This document shows positions 7,236 to 11,839 of a DNA stretch of 11,839 nucleotides, in pieces. The notes under the pieces are model-generated. The model had not been told where the DNA came from, made no database searches, and saw only the letters and a program-made list of their open reading frames with translations. The stretch is from Octopus sinensis. Lineage: Eukaryota. A program made the position numbers and the translations under genes. The stretch spans positions 1 to 11,839 of the forward strand of contig NW_021826875.1 of assembly GCF_006345805.1 (NCBI RefSeq). The letters are read 5' to 3'. Each line of letters begins with the position of its first letter. The first letter of the stretch is position 1.

Positions 7236-7499
7236 GGCACAGTCGTGGCTGTGTGGTAAGAAGCTTGCTTACCAACCATGTGGTTCCGGGCTCAGTCCCA
7301 CTGCATGGCACCTCGGGCAAGTCTTCTACTATAGCTTTGGGTCGACCAAAACCTTGTGAATAGGTTTAGCGGTTTGGCAAAAGAGACTGATAGAATAAGT
7401 AGTCAGCTTACAAAGAATAAGTTCTGGGGTCGATTTGTTCTACCAAAAGTAGTGCTCCAGCATGGCCGCAGTCAAATGACTAAAACAAATAAAAGAATA
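7236..7499 (+). mobile_element. SINE family A with an internal deletion of the central region
   Basis: tRNA-like head (TGGCTGTGTGG; GGGCTCAGTCC), body to ~7365, then joined directly to the 3' part ttagcggtttggcaaaagag...gtcaaatgactaaaacaaataaaagaata. Confidence 0.88.
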
Positions 7500-7549
7500 T
7501 ATAGAAAAGCGACTAAGTTGGCCAGCTACATCTGGTCTTTGAAGACCAA

Positions 7550-7686
7550 TTGTGGTTTCAGTTCCTGGACCGAGCAATGCATTGTGTCCTTGAGCAAGAC
7601 ACTTCATTCCATGTTGCTCCAGTCCACTCAGCTGGCAAAAATGAGTTAATCCTGCGACAGGAGGGGGAATTCATATGCCATGAAAG
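7550..7686 (+). mobile_element. Degenerate SINE of another family (family C)
   Basis: ttgtgtccttgagcaagacacttcattccatgttgctccagtccactcagctggcaaaaatgag resembles the conserved gtgtccttgrgcaagrcactt block that follows the tRNA head in many metazoan SINEs. Recognised from recall only. Confidence 0.45.
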
Positions 7687-7771
7687 CTGAGTGGAATGAA
7701 AAAAGTGTACCATTGTGGATCAAATAAAGGATTAGGTCCAAAATTCTAATACAACAGAGGTCAACACAAGA

Positions 7772-7813
7772 CACCTGAAGATGGCTGGAGCATATAACAA
7801 GCGAAACGCAGTG
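7772..7813 (+). ncRNA. Decayed minimal hammerhead-like motif (probable Penelope remnant)
   Basis: CAC-CTGAAGA-TG-GCTGG(AGCATATAA)CAAGC-GAAA-CGC-A-GTG: canonical CUGANGA and GAAA, stem I CAC/GTG, stem II 4/5 pairs, but C in place of the required U16.1. Confidence 0.35.
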
Positions 7814-7848
7814 AAAGCCACAATTAACCATTTAGCATAATACCTATT

Positions 7849-8060
7849 TCTTTATTACCCACAAGGGGACAAACAAGGACAGACAAACAGATTAAGTCTA
7901 TTATATCGATCCCAGTGCGTAACTGGTACTTATTTACTCGATCCCGAAAGGATGGGAGGCAAAGTCGACCTCGGCAGAATTTGAACTCAGAACATAACGG
8001 CAGACGAAATACCGCTAAGCATTTCGCCCAGCATGCTAACGTTTCTGCCAGCTCGCCGCC
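7849..8060 (-). mobile_element. Full-length tRNA-derived SINE (family B) with 18-bp TSD
   Basis: Minus strand ggcggcgagctggcagaaacgttagc...gagttcaaattctgccgaggtcgactttgcctcccatcctttcgggatcgagtaaataagtaccag... has A/B-box-like motifs and a Nin/Deu-like core. Flanked by identical TTTAGCATAATACCTATT at 7831-7848 and 8061-8078. Confidence 0.93.
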
Positions 8061-8314
8061 TTTAGCATAATACCTATTGATTCACACTAGTGGAACCTGT
8101 GAATGTTTCATGGAATTAACAGCGAACTTATTGGGTTATTCCTGAAAGCTTTATCCAATAAGTCGGAAAGCATAGCCTGTGTTGTGTGTGTGTTAGTTAA
8201 AAAAAACAAAATAATTACACACTTCACTCCCCACCATCTCTCCTTCCTCTCCTCTCATCCCCTTCAGCTAATCCTGTGGAAGTGTTATGGACAGGCTGAG
8301 AAACAGAGTGACAT

Positions 8315-8668
8315 TCTTTTATTTGTTTCAGCCATGCTGGAGCACTGCCTTTAGTTGAACAAATCAATCCCAGGACTTATTCCTAGTAAGCCTAATACTT
8401 ATTCTATCAGTCTCTTTTGCTGAACTGCTAAGTTACGGGTACTTAAAGACACCACTATTGGTTGTCAAGTGATCTTGGTGGGGCCAAACACACACACACA
8501 CATATATACAATGAGTTTCTTTTAGCTTTCATCTACCAAATCCACTCAGGCCTTGGTCAGCCTGAGGCTATAGTAGAAGACACTTGCCCAAGGTGCCATG
8601 CAATGGGACTGAACTCAGGACCATGTGGTTGGTAAGCAAGCTACTTACCACAAAGCCACTCCTGTGCC
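8315..8668 (-). mobile_element. Near full-length SINE family A with central (CA/TG)n
   Basis: Reverse complement ggcacaggagtggctttgtggtaagtagcttgcttaccaaccacatgg...gagttcagtccc... is followed by the body, a microsatellite (8487-8506) and the 3' part. Confidence 0.92.
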
Positions 8669-8704
8669 TATGCAGAATTATTATAAGATTGTTTCCAATT
8701 AATC

Positions 8705-8863
8705 AAACCTTATCTCTTCGCTTTCGGATTCTGATGGTGTGATTGTATGGTTTTAGAAGGTTTTTGCAAGGTGGTTGCAAGAAGCCAGGTCTGACCAGTT
8801 TGAACAAAAAGCAGGTAGAATAACTGGGCCTGGACATGGCCGGTTTAAAAGCTTAAGTGTTAT
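8705..8863. mobile_element. Possible single end of a piggyBac-type MITE
   Basis: Degenerate internal direct repeat gccaggtctgaccagtttgaa (~8776-8796) / gcctggacatggccggtttaaa (~8828-8849), ending in aagtgttat, which resembles a decayed ...aagggTTAA terminus I recall from octopus repeats. No partner end found. Confidence 0.3.
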
Positions 8864-9153
8864 GGAAAGACACCAGACACAGATGCCATCTCAGAAGTAG
8901 ACTCTACAAAAATACTTCAAATTATCCTCTTCACCTAATGGAGGAACACACCTCTCTCATACATTCTATATCTGGCATGGCTTCTAAGGCTACGTGCTCT
9001 TTCTAACATTAGCTACTTTACACAGGGTCCTGGGTTCATTTTTATATCATGGCACCAACACTAATGAGGTTGTTATGGCCTCGACAACACTCACAGTCTT
9101 TGTGATCCCTGACAACGTGACAGTACCAGAATGGTAAAGAGAAAACATGCATA

Positions 9154-9581
9154 CAGGTCATCGACTTATGACCTTTCTGACTTACGACAGATTGACTTTT
9201 GACAATTAGTACGCCAACAATAATAAATAGTCCAATGGGTTAATTTCTCTTAGAAATAACCTGTCTACAGATGGTGGTTAGCTAATAAATGCCTCTCCTA
9301 GGTTTGGTTATTGATCGCTACTGTGGTTATCCCAGGGTTGAATGAAAATCCTGTCACGGAGACATCGAGGCAACCTCGTGTTTGTTTATAAGACGATTGC
9401 TTGAGACTGAAATTTTGGACTAATGCCAGTATAATAGTACAATACAGAATGCTGTGTGTGACTTCCACCTGCGAATGTCCCTTAGGAATGTAAAAATATA
9501 AAAGAAAGCTATGTAGGCCTATGGGCCGACTTATGACCGGTCAGTCGGAAACAATTGTGGTCCTAAGTCAACAATGAGCTG
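9154..9581. mobile_element. 428-bp pogo/Tigger-like (Tc1/mariner) MITE
   Basis: TA at 9152-9153 and 9582-9583. Left end CAGGTCATCGACTTATGAC versus right end (reverse complement) CAGCTCATTGTTGACTTAGGAC. Internal GACTTAYGAC repeats at 9163, 9179 and 9528. Confidence 0.75.
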
Positions 9582-9804
9582 TACATGTATGTTTGTGTTT
9601 GTGTGGGTGATTTGGTATTTCTTGCTGTCTCTGTTGACTGTAAACAGCTTTGCTACCAATACGGTCAGTGAAGCATGCTTGCAGTCCAGGCTTTTTGACA
9701 TGTCTTCACATGTTACCCGATCATTGTAAACACAGAAGACTTCATAACAGTCTCAGTTGTCGGTTGATTGACAAACTAGTGTATTATTACCTTGCCCAGA
9801 CAGG

Positions 9805-9927
9805 TGAGCGTCGGCAACAGAAACAGTATTTAGCCGTAGAAAAATGCACCTGAACAAATTCTAACCCACAAAACAACGGAAAACAGGATATTAAAATGAT
9901 GACAATGATGATGATGGTGATGATGAT
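9805..9927 (+). mobile_element. Degenerate RTE-type 3' tail ending in (GAT)n
   Basis: ggcaacagaaacagtatttagccgtagaaa...ggaaaacaggatattaaaatgatgac-(gat)n resembles the reverse complement of 6088-6120 and 6200-6228. Confidence 0.5.
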
Positions 9928-10032
9928 AGCACACAGGTGTTATACATAATCAGCTTCAATTATTTACTTATCCACATTTCAAATAAATTTTATAATGATC
10001 TGAAGCCTTGTGATTGAATCTGGTACTAAGGA

Positions 10033-10450
10033 CCCTGCCTGTACTCGCAACTGCCCCTCCACACCCATGAACAAACTCACAACCACCTCCCCTCCCCGCA
10101 CTCATTTGCTTCTATACAGAGTGAGATGCTCGAGTGATTGTGATGCCCGGGATGCGAGTTAAGGGAGTGGCAGGAGTAGATAGTATCGTAAGCTGGGTAC
10201 AAAGATTGAAGGTAATATGAGGGAGCTGGCAGGGAGGTGGGGCAAGCCTATGTGGCCCAAGGGATAAAAAGAAGACCAAAGGAAGACAGAGGCCAGGGGG
10301 GAAAGCAATAGGAGCTTAGGGGTAGACAAGGTGGAAGGGAGTGGTGAGGGGGCAGTAGAAAAAGGGAGGTGAAGGTAGAGTGAACTGGGTACAAGGGGTG
10401 ACAGGTAGATGGGTTGGAGGGTTGACTAATGGTGGATGGAAAATACTCGG
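10033..10450. other. GC-rich, strand-skewed block, possibly an old insertion
   Basis: Composition shifts sharply from the AT-rich flanks. Bounded by imperfect direct repeats ATCTGGTACTAAGGA (10018-10032) and ATTTGGTACCAGGA (10451-10464). Confidence 0.3.
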
Positions 10451-10479
10451 ATTTGGTACCAGGAAGTGGTCTGAAAATC

Positions 10480-10887
10480 TCAATTCAGTTGAAATATTTC
10501 TGTTCTTTTAGGAACCGTGGCCATTATGTGTGATTCTTGTGTAAAACACACACCACCAACTAAACTTGCAACATTTCTGTGACATAGCAACTGGCCGTCT
10601 TCATCGAATATTTTAACATTTCCATTATTGGCTTTTTCATACACAACTGTCTTTCCTTCCTCAGAGACATCAAAATCTTTTACTTGCACAGGACATTCGT
10701 CTGTTTGTAAACGAGCAACCGGGAAGCTGTCTCGATTCACCATAAACAACCCTTCAACATACAATTCATTCCTTTCTCCCCTCATGGCGCTTCCAACAAA
10801 CCTTGGTCCTTTACAGTCAATACTGAAGAAATCTACTTCATCTTTATAAATTCTTTTATTTAAAAATATTCCCTTGTTTTTCCTAAT
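10480..10887 (-). CDS. Putative coding exon for a beta-propeller (NHL/six-bladed, TRIM-C-terminal-like) domain
   Basis: Non-repetitive ORF containing VKDFDVSEEGKTVVYEKANNGNVKIFDEDGQLLCHRNVASLVGGVCFTQESHIMATVPKRTEIFQLN, which has NHL-like blade spacing. A phase-0 acceptor ttcttttacaCAG|ATT lies at 10890-10888. The in-frame upstream stop at 10966-10968 argues for an exon rather than a stand-alone gene. Confidence 0.6.
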   Translation of the reverse strand: MRKNKGIFLNKRIYKDEVDFFSIDCKGPRFVGSAMRGERNELYVEGLFMVNRDSFPVARLQTDECPVQVKDFDVSEEGKTVVYEKANNGNVKIFDEDGQLLCHRNVASLVGGVCFTQESHIMATVPKRTEIFQLN

Positions 10888-11308
10888 CTGTGTAAAAGAA
10901 CGCAATACACGAATTTTTAAGATGGTGTGACACATTCCATTTGTAAATGAAACTATAAATTCATTTTATCGATTGTTGCACAGAATTGATGAGATGATCA
11001 CTTTGTGGAAAAACGAATTTAATTATTCAGCATCACTGTTGCAAAATGATGTGTCACAACAACGATTGTTAACAACGATTGCCCTGTTTAGTCATAAATT
11101 TGAAGAATGTTATAGCCACTTCTAATTATCTTGTAGGTCATTAATAGGTTCTTCTGCCATACTCTTTCTAATTAGAGTGTCTGATCTCTGGATCTACAGG
11201 TAGTAAAACCTCTTTCTTCCATAGATTCTCTTCATTGAAAGAAAAAAAAGAACCTCTTGTAATAACACTATATTTTACTACCATAGACACAGCTCCACAG
11301 AACGATCG

Positions 11309-11505
11309 CTACCTTGTCGCAACAGAGGAGGGCTGGGATGAGTCTATAACCCCAAAGGAAATGTTAGTGAGAGTTTAAGCTCTTGGCAGGGTTACCTGCA
11401 CCAGACTGACCGATGGCAATCCACCTGTCATCGAGCCTAAAGAGGCTGACTTGCAGCTAACAACCTCAATCAGAAAACCAAATTCTCATGGAAACAGCAA
11501 AGAAG
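11309..11505 (+). mobile_element. RTE-type LINE 5' UTR fragment
   Basis: ctaccttgtcgcaacagaggagggct...gctcttggcagggttacc...gcagctaacaacctc...ggaaacagca resembles the RTE/BovB 5' start (CCTTGTCGTGG..GGGGCT, GCAGGGCCACC) and the GCTAACAACC motif. No ORF follows. Confidence 0.45.
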
Positions 11506-11646
11506 ATGTGAAAAGAGTGCGTGAAGGATGAAGGTGGAAGCAGTCGGTCCCTCTTGGTTTGAACTGAAAGAGGCAGACTAGGGTCGCATCCACTGGCATG
11601 AAATAGATGCGGTCCTCAGCTTTTCATTTGAATAATGCGCAATAAA

Positions 11647-11668
11647 ACACACACACACACACACACAC
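11647..11668. repeat. (CA)n microsatellite
   Basis: Seen directly. Confidence 0.95.
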
Positions 11669-11729
11669 ATGAATGTATAACATCGATATCAGGGGAAAAA
11701 CAAGTTTATATCCTCCATGTATAGTGTTG

Positions 11730-11771
<42 letters not shown>
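11730..11771. repeat. (CTA)14 microsatellite
   Basis: Perfect CTA run seen directly. Confidence 0.97.
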
Positions 11772-11772
<1 letters not shown>

Positions 11773-11839
11773 AAGCAGTAGCAGTATTAGCAGTTGGAGT
11801 AGTATTAGTATTTGCAGCAGCAGCTGCGGTCCAAACCCC

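Noticed and set aside
2008-8668. tRNA-like A/B boxes as tRNA genes
   Set aside because: No cloverleaf or acceptor stem, and each continues into SINE body sequence.
9785-9810. Donor-like AAG|GTAATA (minus) and CAG|GTGAGC (plus)
   Set aside because: Both lie in or next to a decayed retroposon tail, with no matching acceptor or credible reading frame.
10455-10485. FSDHFLV (alternative minus frame) as an APE endonuclease SDH motif
   Set aside because: No other endonuclease motifs upstream; the upstream sequence encodes the propeller in a different frame.
11100-11252. Minus-strand pyrimidine tract (11237-11252) and short frame ENLWKKEVLLPVDPEIRHSN as an upstream exon
   Set aside because: The acceptor is a weak GAAG, all frames hit stops within about 25 codons, and there is no good donor.

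Overview
AT-rich, microsatellite-dense animal DNA, inferred to be coleoid cephalopod (probably Octopus) from recognisable tRNA-derived SINE families, RTE LINE tails and (TA)n/(CA)n/(TAA)n density. It is almost entirely intronic or intergenic sequence packed with transposon fragments. These comprise about ten SINE copies or pieces of at least three families, several RTE-clade LINE remnants (two with decayed reverse-transcriptase reading frames), a 5'-truncated R4/Dong-like LINE end in a (TAA)n array, two TIR-bounded MITEs, and Penelope-like fragments carrying minimal type I hammerhead-ribozyme-like motifs. Only two host-gene candidates are supportable, both on the minus strand: a beta-propeller (NHL-like) coding exon at about 10480-10887 and a 29-nt micro-exon at 122-150. 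Nearly all other ORFs in the supplied track are microsatellite or antisense-transposon artefacts. I found no convincing new multi-gene system. The most interesting signals are a hammerhead-like motif with a non-canonical core (2462-2499), LINE 3' ends built from tandem copies of their own ORF terminus, a CAGGG-TIR MITE with an apparent 10-bp TSD, and fold-back SINE pairs. Family names come from motif recall, not database searches; all alignments were done by hand.
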